A DNA stretch of 64,000 bases, taken from the NCBI GenBank assembly GCA_965655095.1, contig OZ296656.1, positions 21,390,001-21,454,000 on the forward strand, in the 5' to 3' direction. Positions 25,621-37,150 of the stretch are shown here, in pieces. The translations under genes were made by a program, and so were the position numbers. This DNA is from Haplodiscus bocki (Eukaryota). The notes below the pieces were generated by a model. The model was not told the DNA's origin, did not search any database, and saw only the letters and a program-made list of their open reading frames with translations. The stretch's first letter is position 1; each line of letters starts with the position of its first letter.

Positions 25621-27846
25621 AACATGTATACCACTGAAATGGCAAATGCTAAAACTCCAATAACTCGATGCTATAGTCTGTATTTCTTTTTCTCAAAAGT
25701 AAACTGATTCAAATATACTTTCAAGACTGGAAATCGTTTTCTTTTGGATAGCAGTGGCTCATTTTTTGTACTTAAATTTCCAAATTGTTTGATGATCACT
25801 CGAATGTTCAACCTTTGTACGCATGATCAACATAATACATCGAAAACATTGATTATTGCAAATCGATCTGAAATTCCAATTGAACAAAATATCTCTGTAA
25901 CTTGTTTCTGATGAATTTAAACAAAATCACAATTTTTCATGATTCCTTTCGCTGTAGCTGATAATGAATATAAAATTACCGGAAAGCATTCTTTGAAAAA
26001 CTCTTAGAAAGTTTTAAAACTCAAGTCCTTACCACGAAATTCAAACATTCTTTCAATGATCAACTCGCAATTGCTTCTTTTAGCACATGGATTGAGACGA
26101 ATTTTCCCTTTTTTTCCTTTATTTACCAATTGAATAAAAAAAACCTTGATTTATGCAGATACTGTGCAAACAATACACTTGCACTAAAAAAGACAAAAAT
26201 TCTATAGCTTAAAGTTGAGAATCACGAACCAATTTTTGATGAAACACCTCAAACTCATTTTCCATCGAAGCTGAAGCGATATTTCTCCTTTATGGAAATA
26301 TTATTGAAGAAAACTAAAAAGTCGTGCTCAGTATCAATATAAAACAATAGCATGCACATTGCAACACTTCCAACTTGATTTATATGATATATAGAACTTC
26401 TTAGTACCACTGTGAAACCACCTCAACAAAAAATTAATGTTTTAAAAACAATAACTAAATCCGCAGTTTATCCCTACCATCCTGAAATAACTAATTAAAT
26501 TTTTGTTCAATATCTACATTTGACACAAACAAACACTTCATTTGAAGTTAATCATATTGATCTGCATAAAGATTCAATACTTAATTATAGTGTTTTTAAT
26601 GCACAACCGCCTCAAAATTTAGATCCATGAGTTTTTCCATCTTTACGATACTCTAAAACAATACAATTTCTGATGAAATCTCTTTTCCAATACTCTGATC
26701 CTAATGTTTCTGAATATCTGAATATAAACAACTCTTTATATTTCTCGTTGAAAATGAACACTAGTTCATTTGTACAAATAAGCTACACACCGTATTGATG
26801 TCGGGAAAAGTTTTTCTCCATTTGGGATTAGATTGAAACCTGATGCCAAACTGTGAACACAAAAATCTATCAAAGTTCCTATTCATTATCGGGACAAAAC
26901 GAATACATTTTGTATGCTTTACAAAAAAATGGAACAATCAATGAAATTGGTTCAATTCCACATGAAGAATCAAAATATGGGACTATCTCCAGGAATGCAA
27001 TGATTATCGTGAAAAAAAATGATCATATTAGAATTGTGGTGAATCCTAGACATCTCAACTCAAACACTGATCAATCATCTGAATTCTGAATCCTGGCTGC
27101 TGGAACCTTTAGCAACACAGCTTCCCAAGGCAAACAGAAAATATAGATCTGGAATTGATCTTTTGTATTCATATGAACATGCTACATTAGATGATGAAGC
27201 TGTCAAACCAAGTGGATTTTTTTCATCTGGTGATAAAATTTTCGCTTTCATTAGAGGGTTTTTTGGCCATTTCAAAGTTTTTGACACAACAAATGTTTCT
27301 GTTTTTCAAAGGTTTGCTTCGTCAAGGATCTGCACTGGTTTTTATTGATGATATTCTGTTTATATCAAAATACAAACCACATATGTTGCAACTTATCAAA
27401 CAATTTCAAGGTTTTGCTACTAAAAAAAATCTCAAACTACCTCCTGAAAAATTCTTTTTCATGCTTCTCTTTGTAAAGTATTTTGGTCACGAAATTGGTT
27501 TTAATACAACTAAATCATTTCGTTCCAAAATATTTGCAGTTCACAAAATTCATTCGCGACCACAAAGACAGAACTGACAAGGTTCATTGGCTCAATGAGT
27601 TTCCATTTCAAATAATTTAATATTAAACTTCATCTTGAAGTGGAAACTCTGTGATTTACTTCATGATAATGCTAAAAATCACTGGAATGATGAACTTTTA
27701 ACAATTTTTCAACAAATTAAATCATCCCTCACTAAAGATGTTACCCTGACACTAGGCAGTGGAAACCGTTCATTCTTTAATACTGTAGATTTTCTTTATA
27801 TGGTATAGGCTGTGTCCTATTGCAAACGAACAATAAAGGAAAACTG
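25620..27846 (+). pseudogene. pol: pol of copy A: protease, RT and start of RNase H
   Basis: Protease-like FLLDSSGS at ~25738. RT motifs IRIVVNPRHLNS, IDLLYSYEH and ALVFIDDIL (27341-27352), then KYFGHEIG and FFNTVD. Many stops and frameshifts. Confidence 0.92.
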
Positions 27847-27997
27847 AAGAAATTTTTGATAGTTTGCAGTATTGTTAATTTCATCATACTTCATGATACT
27901 TTTAATGGAAATATATGATGTAGGGGTAGGGTGGTTAAGGGTGAAAAGTAGTTTTATTACATATTTGGGGAGATGGATCAGAGTGCTGGGTCATTAA

Positions 27998-30560
27998 CTA
28001 CAATGTTATATGGTTTTTATCCAGAGAAAAGTTTGTAGTTGACACTTTTGCGTTATGCAAAGAGGTTGAAGGAAGAATAACAATATTTTCAGGTTCCGTT
28101 ACTTGAAACTGATATAAATTTGAGTGTTCAATAATTTCGGAATTTTGAGTCATTATTTCTAGTTTATTATTTACAGAATTCTTTTGAATTTTCCAGCTAC
28201 TACTTTTTGAAGAATATTCAGGAGAATCTTCAAGACGTTGAAATGTATTTCGTTGACGCTTGTCACGCGTAGCATTATATAAATGAGTGACCATTCTTGA
28301 TGTGATGTAATTAAATAATGAAGGAGCTAAAGAAGAACTCTTTGTGATATTTTCATGAAGTCTAAACTTGATAGATATAGACTTATAAAATTTCAGTCAG
28401 GAACGCAATAACATTTTGCAGAAACAGACAAGTGGAAATAATAAACTCCGCATTGAGTGGCAACAAAACATGGCAAACCAAATAAGGCAAAAGTTGCATC
28501 AGCAAACCAGAACCAGTCTGGAGCAAACAGAGGAGCAATGTTTAAAAGGTGACTGTGCAGACCGATGGTAAAAACCTTGTAGAGATGGAACCGATTTCTA
28601 GTATGGGTTGAATAAAACTTAGTTGGAAGTTTTAGGAGGTAGCCACAAAGTCACATGAAATAGCTTCTCCCAAAAATTTCGTGTGGTAGTGGAGTTTTTT
28701 GTGAATAAAACACGATTCCAAAACTTTGTTAATTCAGCGTTGGAGAAAAGTCCAGCTTCATGTGCAGTGAAGGTATTTGAGCTGATTGCACATTGAACTT
28801 GTTTTGGTTCAAAGAGCAGGTGTAGCTGGTAATACAGGTTATCTTGTCAATACATAGTGTTCATCACTATCAAGGCCTATTGTTATGACAATCTGTGAAT
28901 TGTTTTTACAGGATATAGGGGTAGCATGTTTAAAAATTTGTCTTGTTTACGGATCAATATACATTACAGCATCTTGGTAGTCAATTGGTATAATATCAAA
29001 ACGTTTATCAACTTCATTCAGAGGTGAAAGAGATTGAGAAAAGTCAGCTAACATAGCAGTAGAGACTTCTACATAGAGAAAGTTTCTACGGTTTCCCGTT
29101 GAATGATAACCAGCAGGCTGAGGATTTTGGACAGACATTGCTGATGTAGTTATGATTTTTGCTGGTTCAAGTTCACAGATATAGTGTAGGGTATTCTTTT
29201 TTTGAATAGTCATAGATTTAACTACAATATTGATGGAAAAATCTAACTTTTGATTTATGTGAGCATTATAGTCTACAGTACTGAAACTAATTGAGTCCAT
29301 CACTGGAAAGAAATATTTATTTTTCTTTACAGAATCAAAGACTAATGTTGAACGAGTTAACTGTTGATTAAATGATGTGTTTTCATTAGCAACAATTGGA
29401 TTTTCGTTTCCAGTGTCCATAATAAACATTCACGATATGTGATAACAAATGAGGATACTGAAATCTAGGCATTTGCAGTGCTTTTTACAGAAAATATCTT
29501 TTCGTGGGAAAATTTCCAGTCTTGATGATGTTGGAGTAGTATATCCCAGTGGAGAATTAGTATAGTGAAAAACCGTTGGCAATATATCTTTGTTACTTTC
29601 TTCAGTTTTTTTCCAGTGGTATTAACAAATCATCAGTTTCTAACCAATAGCGGTTACTCATTTTAGACATTTGTCCATCAAAATCAGAGGTATTAAACAA
29701 TAAACATATTTCTTCAGGAAACCAAACAAGGGCATTTGGACTCATGGTTTCAGGGTTGGTTTGCAAAAACTATCAGAATGCAGACATGGAAGCGCGTTAC
29801 CATCAAGTAACAGTTTATCTAAATTATCGTCACAGTCCAGAGTTATTTCTTCAAAAACTGATGACCAACTATCTTTATCAAAAAGATATTCTCTCTTTAT
29901 CTATACATCTTTAATACGAAATTTCAGATATTTGGATGGTTGGCGAATACACTGGTGTGGAATGTTCAGTTTGGTTACAGTGATGGGCACTTGTTTCTTT
30001 CAGTTTGAACTTGAGAAATCGGTCTAGCAAAGTATGTGAAAGAACTATTGTATGTATATTGACTCAGTTCAGCGCTATCAGTTCCACTAAGGTTTCGGAT
30101 ATTACTTTTACATTCATTACGGTCGAATTCTTTTGGTGATGGCACGGAGGTAGTAATTCAATCCATACGATCATGTCTATACAAAATGCATGTGCAACTT
30201 GAGCACAAAAGACTCTAATATTTTGAACAGTTGCAGAACAGCGAAACACTTTAGGTCGTTTCGCTTCAGTGGGATTAGATATAGAAGCCAATGATCTAGT
30301 ATTTTCAATTTCAGCTGGAGCTTGAGTACATTTCTGTACCCGAGTTAAACTAAATTGTCTCAGATTCTCAGATTGTATTGCTCAGAACAAAGAAATTGAG
30401 TGGCTAGAAGTTGAGTATTCCGACGATCATCAGGTTGAACTAACTTTTAGAAGAATTGCATCACTACTCTATCGTAATAGCAAAATTTGTTAATACAGAG
30501 AATAGAACCAACGATTTCACTGAGGATATAATCATAGATTTCGGTAAAAGGTTTTGCATT
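27998..30560 (-). pseudogene. env: env-like glycoprotein, class III fusion type (herpes gB/chuvirus G-like), degenerate
   Basis: N-terminal CSEQYNLRQFSLTRVQKC...FRCSATVQNIRVFC (30390-30200). Central DYNAHINQKLDF...ICELE...QNPQPAGYHSTGNRRNFLYVE...LSPL...FDIIPIDYQDAVMYIDP.TRQ..ATPISC (29280-28905). Hydrophobic membrane-proximal/TM segment LFAPDWF..ATFALFGLPCFVATQCGVYYSTCLFL (28545-28415), then a short tail. Family assignment is from remembered motif spacing, not a search. Confidence 0.75.
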
Positions 30561-32050
30561 TTAGGCCAGATATAGCATTGTAAAATGTTATACTTCTCCA
30601 TTGATGATCAAATGGAGTTTCCTCAGTGGAAGTAATTATTAAACTAGTCCCAACAAACGGTCTAGGAAGAGTTCGATGATTAATTTGCGTTGAGGTTGGA
30701 ATTGAAAGAGGATTTAGTCTATTGCATTTTACCTCTACTTTAAATTAAATTCAGTTGTGGTTGAGTTTATCTATTCAGCTCTCATTTACGAGTTTTATTA
30801 GAATATTGGAGACTATTGTTTATTCGGTGATGTTCGACAAATGTGATATCTCAGGTCCTGTCTGGGAAGAACATTTATTTGGTTATCAAGTCTCGGTGGA
30901 TAATGATGTGTATCAGGTATAGGAGATCTAGAATCTTCGTCTAGCGTATGATACGGAAGATCAACAGCATTAATAGAGCTCAGAGAAGAGACTGACCCTT
31001 GGTCTCCAATTACTTGAGTAGATCTTGGGTTGGAGTGAACAGTGAATGAAGTTTCAATACCAGAAGAAGGTCTCAGTGAAAATGGAATATCAGAAAGGGA
31101 GGGGGGAAGCTTTACAGAAGTAGATGAAAGAGTTTGTGCGTGTTGATGCAATAATGCAGAGATTGCACTTCATATTTACCTGGTACGAGAGGAAAATGAA
31201 ATTTTTATCGGTCTTGATCACAAATTATAGGAATGAGCCACTAGTTTTGAGCAGGTTGTTAATGTATTTTTTGATGGGTCTTCATATTCACAATTCAGAA
31301 AGTCATCAACAGAAGAAGTAGAATGTAAACTTGAAGAGAGGTAGTTCGGATTTAACAGAGAAAATGTTTCAGAGCTAAAATCAGAAGCAATTTTCAGATC
31401 AGTTAAACTTGCATAAGTATTTGGTTCATCAATTTTATTTTGCAGAGCAGAGTTTGTTGGTTTATCAGAAACTGTAGCGTCCACTAACTTTTGATGTTTG
31501 AACGATTTCGTTCTTCGAGCTACACTTTTAGTAAGAGGTGCAGGCGGTTATGGAAAACGAGGAGTATCTATATCACACGGATGTGCGATATGGATACGTC
31601 TAGGGTTGATAGACGGAGTGATAGCCGGGGCTACCAGTATCGGTGATAGAGGAGGTCTTTGAACAGTTACAGTAGAAGTTATTAATTTCTCAGAGGAGGA
31701 AATATTTGTCACAGAATTGCTTGAAGATTGTATAGTGGATGCAATGTCTAAACACTTGGAGTTTATTTCTGAAATAGGTGGAGAAAAAAATAATTTTTTC
31801 AGTTGAGTCCGGAGATGAATCCAGGATTACGTCAGGAGCAGGATAGAAGGTTTTAGTAACAGTGTTTATTGGTTCATTATAATATACAGTTGCTCCAGAA
31901 GCATCAACTTTGAAATACTTCAAATCGATTTCAGTTTCATTAGATTACAGTGGTAATTGTTTCAAAGTTTTCATTGTCAGATCTGCATGAAAAATTTTCA
32001 GAATGTTGAAATCCTTTCCAAACTAAATAGCAGAGTCTTAAAGGTAAAGA
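30560..32050 (-). pseudogene. Unknown coding region between integrase and the env core; Ser/Pro/Thr-rich (separate ORF or env N-terminal extension)
   Basis: Consecutive - strand ORF fragments 31690-31923, 31218-31484 and 30813-31151, with S/P/T-rich low-complexity composition after a globular-looking ~80-aa segment. Confidence 0.55.
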
Positions 32051-32199
32051 ACAAGAGTTATAATCCATGATGAATAATCAAGTTTAATTTGAAAGTCTCC
32101 ATAGACTTTCCAGGTTCAAATTTTTTCAACTTATATCAGTTTGTTCGAGCAAATTTGTTCAATTGAACTTTCTTGAAACTGATTATTTATCCGGAGAGA

Positions 32200-35100
32200 A
32201 GGAGGAATAAAAAAAGACAATTTTTTCCGGGTAGTGGCTCTGGGTCGAATTTTGTTCAAGTATTTCTATTGGATGCCTGTGATTGGTTGGAATGCAGATA
32301 ATAAGTTGATTGGTCAGCGAATGATGTAGACGATTCAGGAACAGTGTCAGTGTGGTGAAGATGGAATAATTCAGGAACAGTGTTGAATGTTTGAAATTTT
32401 GACAACCGTGGTTGATAATGTAAACTTTCAGAATCAGATTATTATCGTCATAGAGTATAATGCTTATCATTTAATTTTCCGGTTTTATAGAGTTCTTTAT
32501 CAAACGTAATTGATTGGTCATGATCATTGTTACAGAATGGGTCATCATAAAAAACATTATCATCAAACTCAGTTATATCATATGAAGTATATAGATCTTT
32601 TTGAATCAAGTCTCATTTATCAGAATCTTGAAATGTTTCTGAATTTTGTTCTTTATATGATCGGATGTGAGGAAAGAGCAAGGTTTCGTTAGGATAACAT
32701 GGAATCAGATGTTTTCGATGTGTGTGGAAGGTTTTTCCATCTTGTGTCACAAGATCATACGTGACTCCCGTAGACATGTTAACAATTTTGAACAGACCAT
32801 TACGAGGAGGTTTTATTTGATGAGAAAACTGAACAGCTTTAGAATTTCGTTGTAAGTCAAATGAATTCAGAGGTTATGGTTTATCAATATTGGTTGTATT
32901 TTGCTTTTTATATGGCAGAGAAGTCGTTTCAGCGCGTAATATTATACTTTTGAATTTACTTAGAGCATTGCTGTTCAGAGTCGAGAAACCAAGTAAAATT
33001 GGTTTAAGTGCGATGCTATGAAACAACGGATCTAAATCAGTTGTTTGATATTGAGAAGGAAAGGAAATTTTGAACAGTGATGTGCAATACATCAACGAAA
33101 TTGATTTCGAGGAAGATTTAAATCAGTGGAATACGCGGCTGTGTATGAAAACCTATTTCATATGGGCAAACATGAAGATGCGATAGTGGTTGAGTATTAT
33201 GTGCATAAGCAAAGAAATGTACTTCATTAGACCAATTTTAGTGGTATCATTCAGAAGTATTCTCAGATGGGTTCCAAGAATTTTGTTTTCTACTTCAACA
33301 AGTCCATTTGTCCAAGCAACAAATGAAGTTCTTGGAGAATGACTAATTTGAAACAGAGTACAGCAATTTGCCATTTTTGAATTGGGATATTCACTTCCTC
33401 GATCTGTAATCAGTTATTGAGGCAGATCAAATTTTGAAATCCAGTGGTGAAGTAATGAGTTTAAAGCGTAATGAGCTTTTTTTGAAGTTGCTACAGTAAC
33501 AATCTAGTTGCTAAAATGATCAACAACTACATAAACGAAATGATTTGTTTCAGAAGCAGGATTCAATGGACATTTAGTGTCCATAGAGGTACTATGGTGA
33601 AGAAACGTTGACAGTTTCAAGCATGGTAAGACTGCAGCTTTGTTTTGTTTCATTCTTTTATAGTTATGCATTTGGAAATCAATACAGTCCTGGATAAAAA
33701 TTGATTGCCATTTTTGCAGAAATGGAATATCATATCCTTGAATAACAAAAGGTTGTGCAATATTCAGACCAACATTCGAGCGTTCATGGACTCCATCAGA
33801 TGCAAAATGAAACAGTGTCAACGGTAAGGATGACCGAGATGTTTAAGACGGAAGGTTATCATCAGTGTACTGAGGGAGTTTGTCAATCTTTTTCAGAGGT
33901 TGAGTTTCAATTGTTATCAGGTTAGCATGTTCTTCAAAATACAGACTTGGAATTTCAACAGGAATGGACTAGCATTTAATGTAGGTGTTTTTTCAGCAGG
34001 ACGTGAACTTTCAAGAATTCATTCATATACAATATTTAGAACAGGACCTTTTTAGATATTTGGGTATTGTTTCAATAATTAGTGAAAATTCCGAAGGTGA
34101 GAAGAATTCATTAGATTTAGATGTGTACGTGAAGAATGATGGATCAAAGAAAGATTTATTCAATGGTTGTTCAATTACAGATGGGTATTTTTCATGAATA
34201 GTTTGCAGTTGTAAATTTTCGATTTCAGAGTCATTTTTTTCTTCAGAGGTAAATAGAATATTAATCACTGACAAATCAGGGCAATGGTTCATCATTTTGC
34301 GGTATCCTTTTTTCGATAGGATTATCATTATCAGTGATATCGTATCATTCAAAATTGCTGATTGTTGTAGTCTTGTTTTGTTATTTTTCTTAATTGGTTT
34401 TTCATAAAGAAGGGGTTTACCTGTTCAAGGAAAAAAGAAATCAGTGACTTTTTTAAAAGTTTTCTCCTTTACGAAAAATACGAACAGAGAATTGATCAAT
34501 TCTGAAATCAGCTAGAATAGGATGCAAATCGTGTTTTTGTGAAGGAATTACAGTTTCATGTTTGACCGAACATTGTACAAATTTGATTTGGTTATCAGAT
34601 ATCAGTGTTGCAGAATGAATTTGTGAGGGTAGTTGTTTGTGATTTAGTTCATTTAGTGGCAGTTCTCTTTGGGTAAAAAATGGCTGAACAAGACAAATAC
34701 AGAAAGGTTTTTTCCTTTCGTACAAATAACACTGAGTTTTTGGAATTTGGTTAATTGCATTTGTGCTGTGTAAAGTATCGGAGATAAGTTCCATTTCTTG
34801 TTTTGAAAGTTAAAAATTGGTCAATGATCCTCCAAAACATTAATGAAATGATCAGAGCCAAAAATATTGTGTTCGTATATTGTCAGTGAAGATACGATTC
34901 CTATTACTTCACGTCTTGTAGAAGAGAGTTCTCGTTCATTAGTAGTAAAACTTCGAGAATTATATAAACCTTCATCAAGCTTTCCTTCATTGTTCATTTG
35001 GAATAGGACACCACCTACACCATATAAAGAAAATCTACAGTAATAAAGAATGAAAGATTTGTATTGGGTAGTGTCAGAGTAACATCTTTTGTAAGAGATG

Positions 35101-37150
35101 ATTCAATTTGTTGAAACAGTGTTTCTAAACCATCATTCCAGTGAAATTTGTTATTGTCATGAAGTAAATCAGACAGAGTTTTCATATTAACACGAAGTTT
35201 ATCAAAAAATTTGGAATAGAATTTCATTGAGCCAATGAAACTCATCAGTTCAATTTTTGTAGTCGAAAATTTTTCATGATTTGCAACTTTTTTTGAACGA
35301 ATTGTTTTAATTGTTTTGAAACCAATTTCATGACCAAGATGTTTAACAAAGAGATGCATGAAAAAGATTTTTCAGGAGCTTTTATCAGATTTTCTTCAGT
35401 AGGAATATCATCAAATTGTTTGATAAGTCGCAGCAAATTTGATTTGTACTTTGAAATAAGCAGAATGTCATCAATGTGTACCCGTACAGATCCTTGACGA
35501 ATCAAATCTGTGATGAACAGATGTTGTCTGAAAAAGTTTGGAATACCTTTAAGCACGTAAAATTCTCTAATGCATGAAAGAAGCTCATCATCAGAAGAAT
35601 ATCCAGTTCGTTTGATAGTTTCATCATCTATTGTAACATGTGCCTATGCATACATAAGAACAAATACAGATTTTTACTTTTTATTGGCCCTAGCAAGCTG
35701 CGTTGCAAAACGTTCCAGTGGCCAAGATTCATATAAATGACTAACGTTTGAGTTGAAATGTCTAGTATCCAATTAAAGTTTTATAGAAACCTTCTTTTTT
35801 ATGATATTCAATGGATTCAGTAAAATAGTTCCGTTATTTGGTTTACAATGAGGCGTTGAGCCAGTTTGCTATTTTTTTCCAATTTTTTGTAAATCATATA
35901 TTAAGGTCTTTAGTTTGTTTTGATAATAAATAGGAACTTCATAGGTCTTTTTGTTTGCAGTTTATCATCAGGTTTCAATCCAACCCGAAATGGAGTAGAA
36001 CTTTCCCCGACATCAATACGATGTGTAGCAAAGCAGTGTTTATCTTTCACAAGACTTTTACAAAGTTGTTTAAATTTAGAATCATCAAGATCAGAGTTTT
36101 GAAAAAGAACTTTCCTCAGCAATTGCAAATTTTCTTTACATGTTAAAGATGAAAAGACTCGTGGACCTAACATTTGAGACGGTTGTACATTACAAATAGT
36201 TTTGTTAAGTATTGAATCTTTATACAGATCAGTATAAAAAACCTCAAACAAAGTGTTTTTTTGTGTCAAATCTTGATAGAGAACATTAATTTGTTCACCT
36301 TTTTCGGGATGGTAAGTATGAACTAGCGAAGAATCAGAGTATTTATATCATTAATTGTATAAAAAGGTGGTTTCACAGTGGAAATAGGAATTTCTGTATA
36401 TCCTAAAAATCTAGGTGGAAGTGTAGCCATGTGCTTGCTATTATTTTCAAATGATACTGAGTGCGAACTTTCAAATTTCTTTGATGATAATTCCATGAAG
36501 GAAAAAAATTGCTTCAGTTTTGACAGAAAAAAACTGAGGCGTTCCAGCAAAAAGTAGTTCATGATTCACAGTTTTAAGCAATAAAGCTTTTAAATCTATC
36601 AGTGGAAAACTTAACGTTTGCTCAGTACTGGGGTTAATGAATGTTGGCTTTTTTTTATCTTATTTGGTAAATAAACGAAAAGACACGAAAATTCTTTTCA
36701 GTTAGTGTGGTGAAAGAAGCAATAGTGCGTTGGACAATGAATGAATGTTTGAAGTTCACGGTGAAATCTTGAATAAAAATATTTTGTATATGTTTCTCTA
36801 AGAATGCTGTTCCGAGATTTCTAAATTCAATATCAACAACAGCGAAAGGAATCATCAATTATCGTGAATTAGTTTCTATTGATGAGAAGCAAGTTACAGA
36901 GATTTATGGTTCAATTGGAACATCAGATTGATTTGCAAGAGTCAACGTATTTTAATATATCATGTGGATCATGAGTACAGAAATTGAAAATTTGAGTGAT
37001 CATCCTAGAGGTTGGTATATTAAGTACGGAAATAGATTCACCGCCATCCAAAAGAAAGCGATTTCCAGTCTCAAACGTAAAATTGAATCTACATAATAAA
37101 AAACCAACTTGTTGGAATTATAGCATTTTTCATTTCAGTAGTATACATAT
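32200..37150 (-). pseudogene. pol: pol of copy B: protease, RT, RNase H, integrase
   Basis: FLLDGGESISVL (~37055-37020). VRVHIDDILL (35467-35478), KHLGHEIG. RNase H FFITVD...NSRSFTTNERELSSTRREVIGIV...EDH (35050-34820). Integrase SMDTKCP, VVDHFSN, LITDRGSE, WTNGLVEVENK (33590-33280). GPF/Y-like RNGLFKIV...THRKHLIP (32810-32700). Confidence 0.94.

Larger units (their letters stand above)
22375..27846 (+). mobile_element. 3'-truncated, degenerate Ty3/Gypsy-type LTR retroelement (copy A)
   Basis: Starts TGTAGTACATACAC abruptly after satellite and is collinear in reverse complement with copy B. Gag CCHC knuckle, aspartic protease and RT motifs are present. Homology to copy B pol stops at ~27846, at the start of RNase H. 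Confidence 0.93.
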
